A stretch of 64,000 bases of DNA from Candidatus Omnitrophota bacterium (GCA_026387355.1 JAPLLW010000007.1:170198-234197); one strand, 5' to 3'; counted from the first letter of the stretch, positions 21,372-33,314 are shown. The notes: generated by a model from the sequence alone, not told the origin. Numbers and translations: made by a program.

Positions 21372-23216
21372 TCAATAAAACTTCTGCTCTTGCCAATATG
21401 TGTAAAACTTGCCCTTTCTCTCAAGCAATTCATTCAACGAACCCTGCTCTATTAGCTTCCCATCTTCTATTACAATGATCTTTTCAGAATTTTTTATTGT
21501 AAAAAATCTATGCGCAATAACAATGGTAGTCCTATTCTTCATCACCTCATCGATGGCCTCTTGGATTAGTTTCTCAGTCCTAATATCAAGAGAGCTTGTC
21601 GCTTCATCCAGAATTAAAAGTTCCGCATTATTAAGCATAGCCCTAGCTATAGAAAGCCTTTGTTTTTCACCTCCAGAGAGTTTAATCCCCCTGTCTCCAA
21701 TTGCAGTATTAAAACTATCCGGCAAATTTACAACAAAATTATATAGACGAGCCCTTTTTAAAACATCCACAAGCTCTTCGTCAGGAATACTTCGATCTAA
21801 ACCATATAAAATATTGTTTTTAATCGTATCATTAAACAGTAAAGTATCTTGGCTTACAAGAGATATATGATTCCTTAAAGATTTAAGCGTGTAATCTCTT
21901 ATATCAATCCCATCTATTTCAATAGCATCGGGAGAACAATCATAGAAACGCAAGAGTAGGTTTATTAATGTAGTTTTTCCAGTCCCAGTTGGTCCAACAA
22001 AAGCTACTTTACTTCCCCTCGCAATGGAAAAAGTAATGCCCTTCAACACAATTACCTCATTTATATAAGAAAAGGTTAGGTTTTTAAATTCTATACTCTT
22101 TTTTAAACCAGTAAATTCTACGTTTCCATCAGGCACGATAAATTTATCATCATCGTTAATGATTTTAACCAATGCTAAAATATGTCCACTTATTGTAGCA
22201 AGCCCGGCTTTAATATCATTTAAATTACCAAATGAAGCCGCGGATCTTTTAAGAATAAATAAAAATACCAAGAAACTTGCTACATCTCCTACTCTTTCCC
22301 TTACCACTATAAAAGTTATTGCGGAGACTAAAAGTAATGTGGAGGTAAGTAAAATAATTTCGTGCATTGGCGTAACCAAGTTCTGCTTTTTATCAAGACT
22401 AAATTCAATCTTTTCAATTTCATTGCTTAGGTTATAAAAACGTTTCTTTTCAAATTCCTCATTGCTATATAACTTAACCAAAGGAATACACGTTAATACA
22501 TTAGCGATATTATTACTTAATATTGCGTAAGATTTAGTATAATATTCCGAAGATTTTCTGATTTTACTGATAAGCCATTTAAATGCGTAGTTTAACACAG
22601 GAAAAATCAAAATAACAAAAATCGTAATTCTCCAAGATATAATAACCATTAACAGCAAATAAACAAAAAATAAAAGAAACGAACTTAAAAAACCAACGAG
22701 TCCCTTCAGTTGATTTGATACCTGCTGAGTAAAGCTGATTAAAATTGTTTGGAGATAGCCTGTGTTATTGCGGTCAAAAAACATTTTCCCAAAACTAATA
22801 TACCGATCGAAAATTGCCTGCCTTAATATATTCGAAAATCTTCTAATTAGAAAACTAACATTTAACACAGCAACATATTGACATATATTTTTAAGCACTG
22901 TTGCTATAAAGATCACGCCTACTAGCAATATAAATATGTTGGTATTAGTAGCTGAAAAATTGAAGTACCTAGGAAAGAATGCCTTAAAAACTGATGAATT
23001 TCTAATAAAACCAAAATCCATCGCTATAACTCCCTTGATCAAGGGAATCAAAAGACCTAAAGATAATCCTTCCAAAAAAGACGATGCTAAGAATAAAAAT
23101 GAAGGTATAAACCAGGGGTAAAATTTAAGTTTTATTTTTTTATAATCTAGGAACTTTTTTAATTCAAGCAAATTTTTTAATATACCTGTCGACTTTGAAC
23201 TTTTACGCTGGGTCAT
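21372..23216 (-). CDS. ABC transporter, fused permease/ATPase (MsbA-like exporter)
   Basis: N-terminal 6-TM domain. Walker A 'GPTGTGKTT', signature 'LSGGEKQRLSIARA' and Walker B 'ILDEATS'. Confidence 0.85.
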   Translation of the reverse strand: MTQRKSSKSTGILKNLLELKKFLDYKKIKLKFYPWFIPSFLFLASSFLEGLSLGLLIPLIKGVIAMDFGFIRNSSVFKAFFPRYFNFSATNTNIFILLVGVIFIATVLKNICQYVAVLNVSFLIRRFSNILRQAIFDRYISFGKMFFDRNNTGYLQTILISFTQQVSNQLKGLVGFLSSFLLFFVYLLLMVIISWRITIFVILIFPVLNYAFKWLISKIRKSSEYYTKSYAILSNNIANVLTCIPLVKLYSNEEFEKKRFYNLSNEIEKIEFSLDKKQNLVTPMHEIILLTSTLLLVSAITFIVVRERVGDVASFLVFLFILKRSAASFGNLNDIKAGLATISGHILALVKIINDDDKFIVPDGNVEFTGLKKSIEFKNLTFSYINEVIVLKGITFSIARGSKVAFVGPTGTGKTTLINLLLRFYDCSPDAIEIDGIDIRDYTLKSLRNHISLVSQDTLLFNDTIKNNILYGLDRSIPDEELVDVLKRARLYNFVVNLPDSFNTAIGDRGIKLSGGEKQRLSIARAMLNNAELLILDEATSSLDIRTEKLIQEAIDEVMKNRTTIVIAHRFFTIKNSEKIIVIEDGKLIEQGSLNELLERKGKFYTYWQEQKFY

Positions 23217-24136
23217 TTAGCATTACTCCTGGAATACAAAATTTTAAAACATTTTTTAAGGATAGAGTGGGGTAAAATAATAACAGTTTTTATAAACTTT
23301 AAAAACGTTCTTGTTTTAGTAACGAAACGATGGTCTTCGAAAACACTATTTAATGCCTTAATTTTAATCCAATTATCCGGCCAGAAATCATTATTAACAA
23401 ACTGCGAACATGGTCTTACAGGACCTTCTCTTGGAACAACAACTGTTTTATCTTTAGCGGGAATTAACCAAGCACCCCACCAGCTCAAGGTAGATATAGA
23501 ACAAACAAAGTCGTGACAAAGGCTCATCGAGTAAAGATCTTCATAAGGTTTATTTCCTTCTATATAAATAATATTTCCCTTAACTTTTTTCAAAAATCCT
23601 TTTGCAATCTTAATCTCATCAGAAAAAACTAGTATATACTCTTCGTTTTTTACTCTACTGAGGGCTTCCAAATAATATCTTGGAGGTACCGTATAGTATA
23701 ATGAGCGCAGGTTTAAAATTCTAATTTTATCTCCAAATCTAAAATGCAAACCCACGCTTTTAGAATAATTTATATGTTGATATTTAATCTTCACAGCTAA
23801 TACAGCTGCTTCCTTAAAAACATACCACTTCTTAACTTTTTCTTTATCTAAATATTTTTCCGTCTGAAACCAACCTGAAATATCTGTACCGTCTTCGATT
23901 TTTAACGTGCTTTCATTAAAACCAAAATAATTCGGTGGCTCAATATAAACCTTATCAATACCCTCAGGCTCTTCTGCTCTTTCGTTAGAATCGTTGAGCA
24001 GAAAAATCTCATCGCCAATCCACTTAGGACAATAAAACTTTACCCCCAAGCGTTGAGCCGTAAGCCGTAGGAATGCATATTGAAAGAGCTGGTTACCTAA
24101 CCTTCCTTGGGAACCCAGCCTTTTGAAAGATATCAA
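23213..24136 (-). CDS. glycosyltransferase family 11 (alpha-1,2-fucosyltransferase-like)
   Basis: N-terminal 'GRLGNQLFQYAF', the GT11 motif I. Confidence 0.75.
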   Translation of the reverse strand: MISFKRLGSQGRLGNQLFQYAFLRLTAQRLGVKFYCPKWIGDEIFLLNDSNERAEEPEGIDKVYIEPPNYFGFNESTLKIEDGTDISGWFQTEKYLDKEKVKKWYVFKEAAVLAVKIKYQHINYSKSVGLHFRFGDKIRILNLRSLYYTVPPRYYLEALSRVKNEEYILVFSDEIKIAKGFLKKVKGNIIYIEGNKPYEDLYSMSLCHDFVCSISTLSWWGAWLIPAKDKTVVVPREGPVRPCSQFVNNDFWPDNWIKIKALNSVFEDHRFVTKTRTFLKFIKTVIILPHSILKKCFKILYSRSNAK

Positions 24137-24169
24137 ATTAAATTTCCTGTAATGACTGTTAACCTTGCT

Positions 24170-24772
24170 TTAACTAACCTTAGTCCCGCACTTTGGGCAA
24201 AATACTACATCTTTCCCTAGCACATTTCCGCAGCCCTTGCATTTAAACTCTTCCGTTTTCACCTCAGGCTCTTCGACCTCTAACTCTGGCTCTTTAAAAA
24301 TAGCCTTTAATCTTCCGGTGAATAAATCCGTAATCTTCTCCATATTAGAAAAAATCAAGACCATGAGCCTTGTTAAAAGTAATAAACTTACACACAGAAA
24401 CGTTACATTGTAAACTTCAATATCATGTCTTCTGAATAGGTGCTTGGCAATATGATAAAAGGTTTGATACGCAATAATAGACGCGATAAGCATTACTATC
24501 CATTTAGCAATGACCATCGCCTTAGGGAAATTTATCATCTCATAATGCTTAGTCAGATAAAACCCAAATTTAATAAGAAACGTTAATATGACCGCATTAG
24601 CTGCTCCAATAACAACATCTAAAACAGTAAGCCCTGTGTTAAAAAACTCCATCTCATCAAAAACCTCAATCATGGAGATTAAGTACCTAAAAAGAAACAT
24701 AATCCCCAAGACTATGCACAGCTTTACCACGCGCATACCCATGTCATTTACTAATGCTTCGCTTTTGTTCAT
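24170..24772 (-). CDS. membrane protein with C-terminal zinc-ribbon
   Basis: 4-5 TM helices and C-terminal 'CKGCGNVLGKDVVFCPKCGTKVS' (CxxC...CxxC). Confidence 0.45.
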   Translation of the reverse strand: MNKSEALVNDMGMRVVKLCIVLGIMFLFRYLISMIEVFDEMEFFNTGLTVLDVVIGAANAVILTFLIKFGFYLTKHYEMINFPKAMVIAKWIVMLIASIIAYQTFYHIAKHLFRRHDIEVYNVTFLCVSLLLLTRLMVLIFSNMEKITDLFTGRLKAIFKEPELEVEEPEVKTEEFKCKGCGNVLGKDVVFCPKCGTKVS

Positions 24773-24863
24773 TGCCTTCCTCCTTTAATGAATACCGCTA
24801 TCGGCGGGACGAGCTCGCGACCTGTTTTATTCTATATTATAAACTGCCTAAAGTAAACTAAAA

Positions 24864-25328
24864 TTAAAAGAAGGGGTTTTCTCGCTTTATCCTGATGATT
24901 TTCAAGCCTTCCGGTCGCCTTACAAGCACAAGCTGAGTTAAGCCCCTCATTCTAATCTCAACCCCCGAAGTTGTTGTTGCATTTTTATACCAATGCACCG
25001 TAACACTTAGCCTATCTTTATCGCTAACTACCATATCGATAACAAAATGTATGTGGGGATAACTTACGGATTTAAGATATTCATCAAGGACTAACTTAAA
25101 CCGGTTCCTTTCATCAAAATTATTATCCAAAAGAAACATCAGCCCACCAAGGTCCTCAAATGCATAGGCAGACTCGATTCTTTGAAAAAACTCCTCAACT
25201 ATTGATCTAATTAAGATCTCTTGTGTTTGAAGATTATCTATGGCCCTTGGCCGCGGGCTCAAACCCAGAGTGAAAAACATAACTAAAATTAGAAAAGGAA
25301 GCACTCTTTTTACTCTTATATTCATCAC
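24864..25328 (-). CDS. secreted hypothetical protein
   Basis: N-terminal signal-peptide-like hydrophobic stretch ('LPFLILVMFFTLGLSPRPRA'). 154 aa. Confidence 0.4.
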   Translation of the reverse strand: MMNIRVKRVLPFLILVMFFTLGLSPRPRAIDNLQTQEILIRSIVEEFFQRIESAYAFEDLGGLMFLLDNNFDERNRFKLVLDEYLKSVSYPHIHFVIDMVVSDKDRLSVTVHWYKNATTTSGVEIRMRGLTQLVLVRRPEGLKIIRIKRENPFF

Positions 25329-25337
25329 TTCTTCCTA

Positions 25338-25378
25338 TAAAAAAACCCCGCACTCATAATTAAGTGCGGGGTTTTTCA
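25338..25378. terminator. bidirectional rho-independent terminator hairpin
   Basis: 'AAAAAAACCCCGCACTcataattaAGTGCGGGGTTTTT' is a 10-bp GC-rich stem flanked by an A-run and a T-run. It lies directly downstream of the minus-strand gene ending at 25393. Confidence 0.6.
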
Positions 25379-25392
25379 TCTGCCAATAGATT

Positions 25393-26094
25393 TTATTTCT
25401 TTTTTAATTTCTCAATAAACTCGTTCGTCATCTTTCCCGCAATATCTTTACAGCCCAGCCCAAAAGCCAGAGCCAAACCTAAACCTACGCTACCTAAAAT
25501 AATGCTTAGCGTTAGGGTGGTCAGACGAATACCAATCTTTAGCTGTTCTAATGAGATAAAAATTGCGAAAGCAATAATAATTATTTCAACTGCTTTAGCA
25601 AGAACTTTACCTTGAGAAAGACCAGCGTTATTGGCTGCAGTAATTACAATATTTCTTAAAACAGTAGCAGCAAACATACCTAATATTAAAATGAATATAG
25701 CTGAAATAACATTAGGTACATAAAGTACAATTTTATTTAATAAATCTGCGGCTATAGTTAAACCAACGGCATTAATTGCAACCATAAAAGTAACTAAAAG
25801 ACCTAACCAATAGCAGACTACCCCGATCAACTCAGAGAGCGATAAACCAATGCCGCCTTTTTCTAAAACATCTTCCAATTCAATGCGGTCAGAGAGCTCA
25901 TCAAGCTTAACTGCCCTAAGTCCTCTTGTTACTACAGTTTTAATCACCTTGGAAATAATCCAACCGATGATTAGGATGATAAGCACTAATAAAATACTTA
26001 CCATAAACTGTCCTATTTGAGCTAAGACAGTTCTAGCTGGTTCTAACAAAACTACTTGCCAACTACTCATCCTGCACCTCCTTTTTGTATGCAC
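25393..26094 (-). CDS. membrane protein with repeated conserved-TM-helix units (MscS-N-terminal-like)
   Basis: 233 aa made of repeated hydrophobic helix units. Function not assignable. Confidence 0.45.
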   Translation of the reverse strand: MHTKRRCRMSSWQVVLLEPARTVLAQIGQFMVSILLVLIILIIGWIISKVIKTVVTRGLRAVKLDELSDRIELEDVLEKGGIGLSLSELIGVVCYWLGLLVTFMVAINAVGLTIAADLLNKIVLYVPNVISAIFILILGMFAATVLRNIVITAANNAGLSQGKVLAKAVEIIIIAFAIFISLEQLKIGIRLTTLTLSIILGSVGLGLALAFGLGCKDIAGKMTNEFIEKLKKK

Positions 26095-26147
26095 TACTAA
26101 ATTGTTATAACTTTATCATAAAACGAGGGTTATGTCAAGAAATAATC

Positions 26148-26903
26148 CTAGAATGGGATCATCATTCCATCGTATGCAGCTACTACTTCAATACCTAAGC
26201 GTTTAGTCAAAATCTTTGCCTGTAATTGAGGTTTGGCTAAAAGCATACTCTTTCCAAAATGAGTAAGTATGGCCTTTTTGGGCCTACAGGCTGCTATAAT
26301 CTTTTCGGCATCCATTAGGCTTAAATGATCAACATTGGACCTTGGCTCAAGAAATACAACAGAAATTATTAATACATCGGTTTTATAAAAATCATTTAGC
26401 TTGCTAAAATACTTTGTATCTGTAAGTAAGCCAATACTGGTTTTATGCAATCTAAACTTAATTCCATAAGTTTCAGACGGATGGATATGGCGCATTGAAC
26501 TTCTAAACTTAAAATCCTTAACGCAGTAATCCTTATTAGGCTTTAAGATCTCAATCTTTTCCGGCAGATTAATCGCATACTTTAGAATTACCGGATCTTT
26601 GCGCAATGCATCCTTAGGACAAAATACAACCCCTTTCTTTTTAAAACCGCCTTCAGTCATAGCCTCAATCATTACATTAATATCATTAGCGTGATCTAAA
26701 TGGCGATGGGAGAGAATTATACCATCAAGCTTGGTTGGATTTAACTTTGGCCTGCTTGTAGCGCAACGCACAATACTTCCCGGCCCCGGATCTATCAAAA
26801 TATTAGTATCTTTGTAAGAAACCCAGATTCCCCCTGAAGCCCGGAGCTGTTCAATCATCACAAAGCGCGCACCCGCTGTACCTAAAAACTTTAGGAGAGC
26901 CAT
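26148..26903 (-). CDS. MBL-fold metallo-hydrolase
   Basis: 'ILSHRHLDHANDI' HxHxDH metal-binding motif. Confidence 0.75.
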   Translation of the reverse strand: MALLKFLGTAGARFVMIEQLRASGGIWVSYKDTNILIDPGPGSIVRCATSRPKLNPTKLDGIILSHRHLDHANDINVMIEAMTEGGFKKKGVVFCPKDALRKDPVILKYAINLPEKIEILKPNKDYCVKDFKFRSSMRHIHPSETYGIKFRLHKTSIGLLTDTKYFSKLNDFYKTDVLIISVVFLEPRSNVDHLSLMDAEKIIAACRPKKAILTHFGKSMLLAKPQLQAKILTKRLGIEVVAAYDGMMIPF

Positions 26904-27370
26904 AATTTCTTCAGCTCCTCGTTAATCTTGTGCATCTGAGAATAAGTTAGCTCCTCTTCGGATAATACCGAAAGTTTCCCTGCCTTATCCTTAGACCCAA
27001 GAAACTCTTCCACAGATATAGACTTAGCCCCACAAGATTTGATAAAAAAACTAATTTCTTTATCATCCGAAACAACAATTAGGTTCTTTGGGTTAGCTAC
27101 AAGCTCAGCAATCTTTTTTATACGCAAATCAGCGCTCTCATTCCTGGAAAATATGACTTTTATATTGCCATCATCCAATGGCCCCATGGATGCATCCGGA
27201 TGGCCATCAAAAATTACCCAAACTTGATTATTAAGACTGCCGCAAAGTCTCTTTCTTTTAATTAGCTGTACAAGGAGAAGGCGGGAATCAGGAGTTTTTC
27301 GGGGAAGTTGTTTTGCAAATTTGGGATGATTGGTTACATTGTAACCGTCGATTATGTAATGTATAGACAT
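26891..27370 (-). CDS. NYN/YacP-like PIN-domain ribonuclease
   Basis: N-terminal 'HYIIDGYNV' is characteristic of YacP-like NYN domains. 159 aa. Confidence 0.6.
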   Translation of the reverse strand: MSIHYIIDGYNVTNHPKFAKQLPRKTPDSRLLLVQLIKRKRLCGSLNNQVWVIFDGHPDASMGPLDDGNIKVIFSRNESADLRIKKIAELVANPKNLIVVSDDKEISFFIKSCGAKSISVEEFLGSKDKAGKLSVLSEEELTYSQMHKINEELKKLWLS

Positions 27371-28295
27371 AGATTAGGCCTCCCAATACCCCATAGAATA
27401 AACCAAAGGAAAAACTAAGTAAAGACATAGCAAAAGCGGGATCTTTACTTACCCCTGCCTTAGCGAAAAAGAATACTACAGAAACATCCCTCAACCCTAA
27501 CCCACCGATGGAGATAGGTAATAAGGTTATTGCGCTGATAATGGGCAAGAAAACAAAAAAGTAGACCAAGCTTATTTTTATTCCCAGAGATAAAGCAATT
27601 ATATAAAAGGTTATAGGAGTGGCCGCTTGCGCAAATGTAGAAATAAGCACACTACTTATAGCTACCCTCGGCTTTTCTCTAAATAAATGGATTTCTTCGT
27701 GTAAACCTGTAATTATGTCTCTAATTCTCCCGGCGCCAAAAGATTTAAGTAGCCCGCTTATCTTTATATAGATGAACTTATTAAACAAAACTAACAATAA
27801 AAGAGCCAGGATACCGATAATTATCCATAATGACAATAACACGCTCTTGTCCTCAAGTATATTCCAGCCCATAAAAACAGCCACTGAAGAAATGATCACT
27901 AAACCAACATAGCCGCTTAACCGGTCCAGGATTGTAGAAGCAATGATCTCTTTAGGCTTTTTAGTATAAGTAACTAAATCAATGCTGCGCAAAAAATCTC
28001 CTCCTATTGTGGAAGGAAGAAATAGGCTAAAGAATGCCCCTCCCGCGAATGCAGTAGCTACCCGCTTTAATGGAAGCTTAATTTTAACGGCCTTAATCAA
28101 AAGTTTCCAACGGAAAAGGCATAATCCGTAAGGCACAAAAGAAACCAGAAAAGCGATAAACAAAAGCGGTTTATTTGAATGCTGAATAATCTCAAATAAA
28201 ATCTTTTCGTCAACTTGTTTGAACAGGTAAACCAGCAAGATAATACTTAATACTATTCTTAATAAAATGGATAATATTTTCTTAAAGATAGTCAT
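27288..28295 (-). CDS. UPF0104 / lysylphosphatidylglycerol-synthase-TM-region-like flippase-type membrane protein
   Basis: 335 aa with 8 TM helices and a glycine-rich C-terminal helix region. Its 3' end overlaps the NYN gene start by about 83 nt. Confidence 0.5.
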   Translation of the reverse strand: MTIFKKILSILLRIVLSIILLVYLFKQVDEKILFEIIQHSNKPLLFIAFLVSFVPYGLCLFRWKLLIKAVKIKLPLKRVATAFAGGAFFSLFLPSTIGGDFLRSIDLVTYTKKPKEIIASTILDRLSGYVGLVIISSVAVFMGWNILEDKSVLLSLWIIIGILALLLLVLFNKFIYIKISGLLKSFGAGRIRDIITGLHEEIHLFREKPRVAISSVLISTFAQAATPITFYIIALSLGIKISLVYFFVFLPIISAITLLPISIGGLGLRDVSVVFFFAKAGVSKDPAFAMSLLSFSFGLFYGVLGGLIYVYTLHNRRLQCNQSSQICKTTSPKNS

Positions 28296-29189
28296 TTATA
28301 CGAGTGTTTTACCGGTTAACTTCTGATATGCCTCTAGGTATTTAGCCCTGGTTTTAGAGATGATCTCAAGCGGTAGCTGCGGCGCCGGAGGAGCTTTATC
28401 CCAATCAAGGGTTTCAAGATAATCGCGTACAAATTGCTTGTCAAAACTCGGCACTGACCCGCCTGGCGCATACTCATCAAGCGGCCAGAAGCGCGAAGAA
28501 TCCGGGGTAAGCACTTCGTCAATCAAAATTATTTTATTATCATAAGTTCCGAACTCAAATTTAGTATCTGCTATAATTATACCCTTGCCTCTTGCATAGT
28601 CACTTGCTTTCTTATAAATAGCAATACTCGCCTGGGAGATCTTGTCAGCAGTATCTTTACCAATAAGCTTTTCAATATATCCCTGCTCAACATTTTGATC
28701 ATGCCCGACATCAGCCTTAGTGGATGGAGTAAAAATAATTACCGGTAACTTATCGGATTCCTTAAGAGAATCTGGCAATCTTATCCCACAAACTGATTGC
28801 TTCTTTTGATACTCTTTCCATCCTGAGCCTGAGAGATAGCCCCTGACAATGCACTCAACAGGTAATGGCTTACTCTTTACCACGAGCATAGAGCGACCGA
28901 CTAATTGCTTTTTGTACTTCTTCAATTCAACAGGATATTTATCTACATCAGCAGTGATAAAATGATTGGGGATAATATCTTTTAGGAAATCAAACCAGAA
29001 ACAAGAAAGCGCAGTTAAAATTTCGCCCTTATTAGGAACTCCGTTGGGTAAAACCACATCAAAACAAGATATCCTATCGCTTGAGACAATCAAAAGCTTA
29101 TCGCCCAAATCATAAACATCCCTGACCTTGCCCCGGCGAAAAAGTTTTAAATCCTTAAAATCCGTAGTTAACAAGACCTCTTTATTCAC
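28296..29189 (-). CDS. purC: phosphoribosylaminoimidazole-succinocarboxamide synthase
   Basis: '[29 protein letters not shown]' and the overall SAICAR synthetase pattern. 297 aa. Confidence 0.9.
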   Translation of the reverse strand: MNKEVLLTTDFKDLKLFRRGKVRDVYDLGDKLLIVSSDRISCFDVVLPNGVPNKGEILTALSCFWFDFLKDIIPNHFITADVDKYPVELKKYKKQLVGRSMLVVKSKPLPVECIVRGYLSGSGWKEYQKKQSVCGIRLPDSLKESDKLPVIIFTPSTKADVGHDQNVEQGYIEKLIGKDTADKISQASIAIYKKASDYARGKGIIIADTKFEFGTYDNKIILIDEVLTPDSSRFWPLDEYAPGGSVPSFDKQFVRDYLETLDWDKAPPAPQLPLEIISKTRAKYLEAYQKLTGKTLV

Positions 29190-30975
29190 TTGTTTTCAAC
29201 CTCTGACTAAGGCTCTCGTATTCATCCCATAATTCTAAAGGAAGATCCTTTTTAAACTCACTAAAAAACTTCTTTATACCCTTTAATTCCCCAACCCAGT
29301 CATCTTTACGCACTTCAAGTAATTTCTCTAACGCTCCATCACTTAAGCTAATACCTGTCAAATCTATGTCAGCAGGATAAGGCACATATCCAATAGGAGT
29401 TTTATATGCCTCCACTCTATTATTGCAACGGTCAAGAATCCACTCAAGGACTCTTAGATTCTCCGTAAAACCTGGCCACATGAATTTACCGGACTCATCC
29501 ATCCTAAACCAGTTCACGTGAAATATCTTCGGTGCCTTCTTCATCTTTTTACCCATATCTAACCAGTGCCTAAAATAATGCGCCATATTATAACCGCAAA
29601 AAGGAAGCATCGCCATTGGGTCACGGCGAACCTCTCCCACTTGTCCAACCTGGGCTGCTGTGCGCTCTGAGGCCATAGTTGAACCTACAAATACACCATG
29701 CTGCCAATTAAAAGACTCATAAACCAAAGGTGCCAGATGTTCTCTGCGTCCACCAAAAATTACTGCGGATACGGGAACTCCATGATGCTGTTCCAACCTA
29801 AATGATGCTGAAGGACAATTCATAATCGGCACAGTAAAACGGCTATTCGGATGAGCCCCTAGTACAGGTTTACCATTAACATCTTTTAATCCAGATTTCC
29901 AAGGACGGCCCTGCCAATCAATACCATTCGCAGGCACTTCTCCATCAGCACCTTCCCACCAAACTGTCTTATCGGATTTCAATAGGACATTAGTAAATAT
30001 GGTATCCTTTTTAACCGTCTCGACCATATTAGGATTGGTCTTTGAATTTGTCCCCGGTGCAACACCGAAAAATCCGGATTCAGGATTTATCGCCCAAAGA
30101 GTGCCATCAGAATCAACGCGCATCCACGCAATATCATCACCCACCGTCCAAATGCGATAACCCTTTACTTTAAGCCCTTCGGGAGGAACAAGCATCGCCA
30201 GATTTGTTTTACCGCAAGCGCTCGGGAAAGCTGCAACAACGTATTCAATGTGCCCATTAGGCTCTTCAATACCCATAATCAACATGTGTTCGGCTAACCA
30301 ATGCTCTTTTCTGGCGATATGGCTAGCAATACGCAAAGATAAACATTTCTTACCTAAAAGTACATTCCCGCCATAACCAGAACCCACACTCCAAATAGTA
30401 TTGTCTTCAGGAAAATGCAGGATTAATCTCTTATTAATATCAAGCTCTGCTTTAGAATGCAGGCACTTGGTAAAGTTATCTTCTTTTTCTATCTGTTTTA
30501 AAACTAATTCTCCAACGCGGGTCATAATAAGCATATTTAAGACTACATAACGCGAATCTGTAAGCTCTACTCCGATTTTACTGAATTCAGAACCCACCGG
30601 CCCCATAGAAAAAGGAATAACATACATGGTGCGACCACGCATCGCCCCCTTAAATATAGCCCTGGCTTTCTTGTACGCAGCCTTTGGGGACATCCAGTTA
30701 TTGTTCGGACCAGCATCGTGCTTTTTCTTAGTGCAGATAAAGGTGAGGTGCTCTGTGCGCGCAACATCATCAATTGCTGTGCGGTGCAAGAAACACCCCG
30801 GCAGCTTTTCTTTGTTCAGTTGAATTATCTCTTCATTTGCGAGCGCTTCTTTTTCTAGGATAATCTTTTGCGCTTCAGACCCATCAATCCAGACGACTTC
30901 ATCCGGTTGACAGAGTTTAGCCATTTTAGTTACCCAATCTTTTAACTTTTTATTATGCGTAGGAAATTTTATCAT
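29182..30975 (-). CDS. pckG: phosphoenolpyruvate carboxykinase (GTP)
   Basis: 597 aa with GTP-PEPCK kinase-1a '[13 protein letters not shown]' and strong similarity to GTP-dependent PEPCKs throughout. Confidence 0.9.
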   Translation of the reverse strand: MIKFPTHNKKLKDWVTKMAKLCQPDEVVWIDGSEAQKIILEKEALANEEIIQLNKEKLPGCFLHRTAIDDVARTEHLTFICTKKKHDAGPNNNWMSPKAAYKKARAIFKGAMRGRTMYVIPFSMGPVGSEFSKIGVELTDSRYVVLNMLIMTRVGELVLKQIEKEDNFTKCLHSKAELDINKRLILHFPEDNTIWSVGSGYGGNVLLGKKCLSLRIASHIARKEHWLAEHMLIMGIEEPNGHIEYVVAAFPSACGKTNLAMLVPPEGLKVKGYRIWTVGDDIAWMRVDSDGTLWAINPESGFFGVAPGTNSKTNPNMVETVKKDTIFTNVLLKSDKTVWWEGADGEVPANGIDWQGRPWKSGLKDVNGKPVLGAHPNSRFTVPIMNCPSASFRLEQHHGVPVSAVIFGGRREHLAPLVYESFNWQHGVFVGSTMASERTAAQVGQVGEVRRDPMAMLPFCGYNMAHYFRHWLDMGKKMKKAPKIFHVNWFRMDESGKFMWPGFTENLRVLEWILDRCNNRVEAYKTPIGYVPYPADIDLTGISLSDGALEKLLEVRKDDWVGELKGIKKFFSEFKKDLPLELWDEYESLSQRLKTSE

Positions 30976-31883
30976 TGTTTTAACAAATATTTATGCGCTG
31001 AGTCTGCTGCAGTGGCACCATCGCTACAAGCGCTTACAACCTGATACAAGCTTTTGCGTATGCAATCTCCGCAGGCAAAAATACCTCTCCTTGATGTAGC
31101 CATTTCTGGACGAGTAATTATAAAGCCGAATTCATCTATTTCCAATATATTTTTTACAAATTCTGTATTCGGAATAATCCCAACAAAAATAAAGACACCC
31201 TGGCAAGAGATCTCTGAAGTCTTCTTGCTCAACACATTCTGAATCTTAATCCCTTCAACTTTACTATCGCCGATAATTTCAGTAACTACGCTATTAAGAA
31301 CAAGTTTAATCTTATTGTTTTTTCTTACTTTTTCAACCAGAATTTCCGAGGCACGAAACTCGCTTCTCCTATGCACAAGGCTTATTGATTTAGCATAATT
31401 GACCAAAAAGATTGCATCTTCAACTGCGCGATCCCCTCCTCCAATCACAACAATATCTTTATTCTTAAAAAGCGGACCGTCACAAGTACCGCAATACGAT
31501 ACCCCTTTGCCGATAAGTTTTTCTTCGCCAACTACCCCAATCCTTTTAGACTTTGCACCGCTTGAGACGATTACACACTTTGCCTTGAAATCGCCTTCGC
31601 TTGTTTTTACTAGATACGAATTTCCTTCAGGGATTATCTCTAAAACTTCCTTGTTTTCAATTGCAACTCCTAAATCTTCAACTTGTTTCTTAAATTTATC
31701 AATTAAATCAAAAGTAGATACTCCCTCGGGAAATCCCGGGTAGTTCTCTATCAAAGGAGAAAGTAGGATCTGGCCTCCCGGAGATAATTTCTCAAATACT
31801 AGAGTGGATAATTTAAACCTTCCAGCATAAATTGCTGCGGCTAAGCCTGCGGGGCCAGCTCCAATAATTACCAAATCATACAT
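30972..31883 (-). CDS. trxB: thioredoxin-disulfide reductase
   Basis: FAD motif '[21 protein letters not shown]', redox-active 'CGTCDG' and NADPH motif '[13 protein letters not shown]'. Confidence 0.85.
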   Translation of the reverse strand: MYDLVIIGAGPAGLAAAIYAGRFKLSTLVFEKLSPGGQILLSPLIENYPGFPEGVSTFDLIDKFKKQVEDLGVAIENKEVLEIIPEGNSYLVKTSEGDFKAKCVIVSSGAKSKRIGVVGEEKLIGKGVSYCGTCDGPLFKNKDIVVIGGGDRAVEDAIFLVNYAKSISLVHRRSEFRASEILVEKVRKNNKIKLVLNSVVTEIIGDSKVEGIKIQNVLSKKTSEISCQGVFIFVGIIPNTEFVKNILEIDEFGFIITRPEMATSRRGIFACGDCIRKSLYQVVSACSDGATAADSAHKYLLKQ

Positions 31884-31894
31884 ATAATCAACCC

Positions 31895-32812
31895 CTAATT
31901 TGCAGTAGAAATTAACCTACTTGTTTCTTCAGCCTTATAAGAGCTTCTTACCTTAGGCCCGGATAAAACCTTCTTAAACCCTAACTTAATTGCAATTTCT
32001 TGATATTTACTAAACTGCTCTGGATGGATAAAGTCTTTTACTGAGTAATGTTGAACTGATGGAGCTAAATACTGCCCTAGTGTTAAAATATCGCAATTAG
32101 ACCTGCGCAAATCGTGCATAACTTCAAACACTTCCTCTTCAGTCTCACCCATGCCTAACATTAGCGATGATTTAGTAATCAGCGAGGAATTAAATTCCTT
32201 GGCAATTTTCAACAAATTTAGTGAACGGCTATAATCTGCCTGCGGCCTGACTACGGCATATAATCTTTTAACTGTTTCGATATTGTGCGCCAAAACAAAA
32301 GGATCTGCATCAATAACAACCTTTAAGCTCATAACCCTACCCTGAAAATCCGGGACCAAAACCTCAACCTTGATATCATTACTTATCTCATGTATTAATT
32401 CTAAAATACTAGCAAACTGAAAAGATCCACCGTCATCTAAATCATCTCGGGTAACAGAAGTGACTACTACATACCTTAACCCCATTAGCCTTACCACTTC
32501 GATGATTCGCTCAGCTTCCCTATAATCTACATCCGGTTTTGTTACGCCAGCTTTTTCAATATTACAAAATGAACAGTTACGGGTGCAAATTTTTCCGAGA
32601 ATTAAAAAAGTAGCCTGATTGCCCTTGAAACATTCACTCACATTGGGACATTTTGCCTCAAGGCAGACAGTATTCACCCCGGCATTAGCAATATCCCGTG
32701 CGATTTTTATTACCTGGGCATTAGGAATATCCTGATTCAACCAATTGGGTAAGCGCTTATCGAGGCTACAGTTGCAATTTACAGGATTTTGTATGTTTAA
32801 TTGATTCTTCAT
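31895..32812 (-). CDS. lipA: lipoyl synthase
   Basis: Auxiliary cluster '[12 protein letters not shown]' and radical SAM 'CTRNCSFC'. Confidence 0.9.
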   Translation of the reverse strand: MKNQLNIQNPVNCNCSLDKRLPNWLNQDIPNAQVIKIARDIANAGVNTVCLEAKCPNVSECFKGNQATFLILGKICTRNCSFCNIEKAGVTKPDVDYREAERIIEVVRLMGLRYVVVTSVTRDDLDDGGSFQFASILELIHEISNDIKVEVLVPDFQGRVMSLKVVIDADPFVLAHNIETVKRLYAVVRPQADYSRSLNLLKIAKEFNSSLITKSSLMLGMGETEEEVFEVMHDLRRSNCDILTLGQYLAPSVQHYSVKDFIHPEQFSKYQEIAIKLGFKKVLSGPKVRSSYKAEETSRLISTAN

Positions 32813-33314
32813 CTTTAACTTGATCTTTTAATCTCTTTAAAGCTCTGGCAATCTCAATCTTTTTAATAAGAGAGGCATAATCTACAATAAGCTTACCCTT
32901 CAAATGATCAATTTCATGCTGAAATACACAGGCCAATAAACCTTCGGCCTTAATATCTAAAGACTTACCTTCATCATCAAGGGCCTTAAGCGTAATTTTA
33001 TTTGCCCGCTTAACTTTAATACATAAACCCGGTACGCTTAAACAACCTTCCTGATTCACCTGTGACCCAGTAGCTTTTACAATTCTGGGATTAACTAATT
33101 TATAAAGGCCTTCCCCTATATCAACGACAATCATATTTTCGTTGATACCTGCCTGAGGAGCAGCTAAACCCACCCCTTCGCCTTCATACATAAGCTGGGC
33201 CATCTTACTTAAGGCCTCTCTATGCCTTGCAGTTACCTTTTTAACTGCAGATGACTTTTTTCTTAATACCGGATCACCGAATATTCTAATTCTTAATGCG
33301 ATTTCTTCCATCAA
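32766..33314 (-). CDS. def: peptide deformylase
   Basis: Motifs 'GVGLAAPQ', 'EGCLS' and 'HEIDHL'. Its 3' end overlaps the lipA start by about 47 nt. Confidence 0.9.
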   Translation of the reverse strand: MMEEIALRIRIFGDPVLRKKSSAVKKVTARHREALSKMAQLMYEGEGVGLAAPQAGINENMIVVDIGEGLYKLVNPRIVKATGSQVNQEGCLSVPGLCIKVKRANKITLKALDDEGKSLDIKAEGLLACVFQHEIDHLKGKLIVDYASLIKKIEIARALKRLKDQVKDEESIKHTKSCKLQL

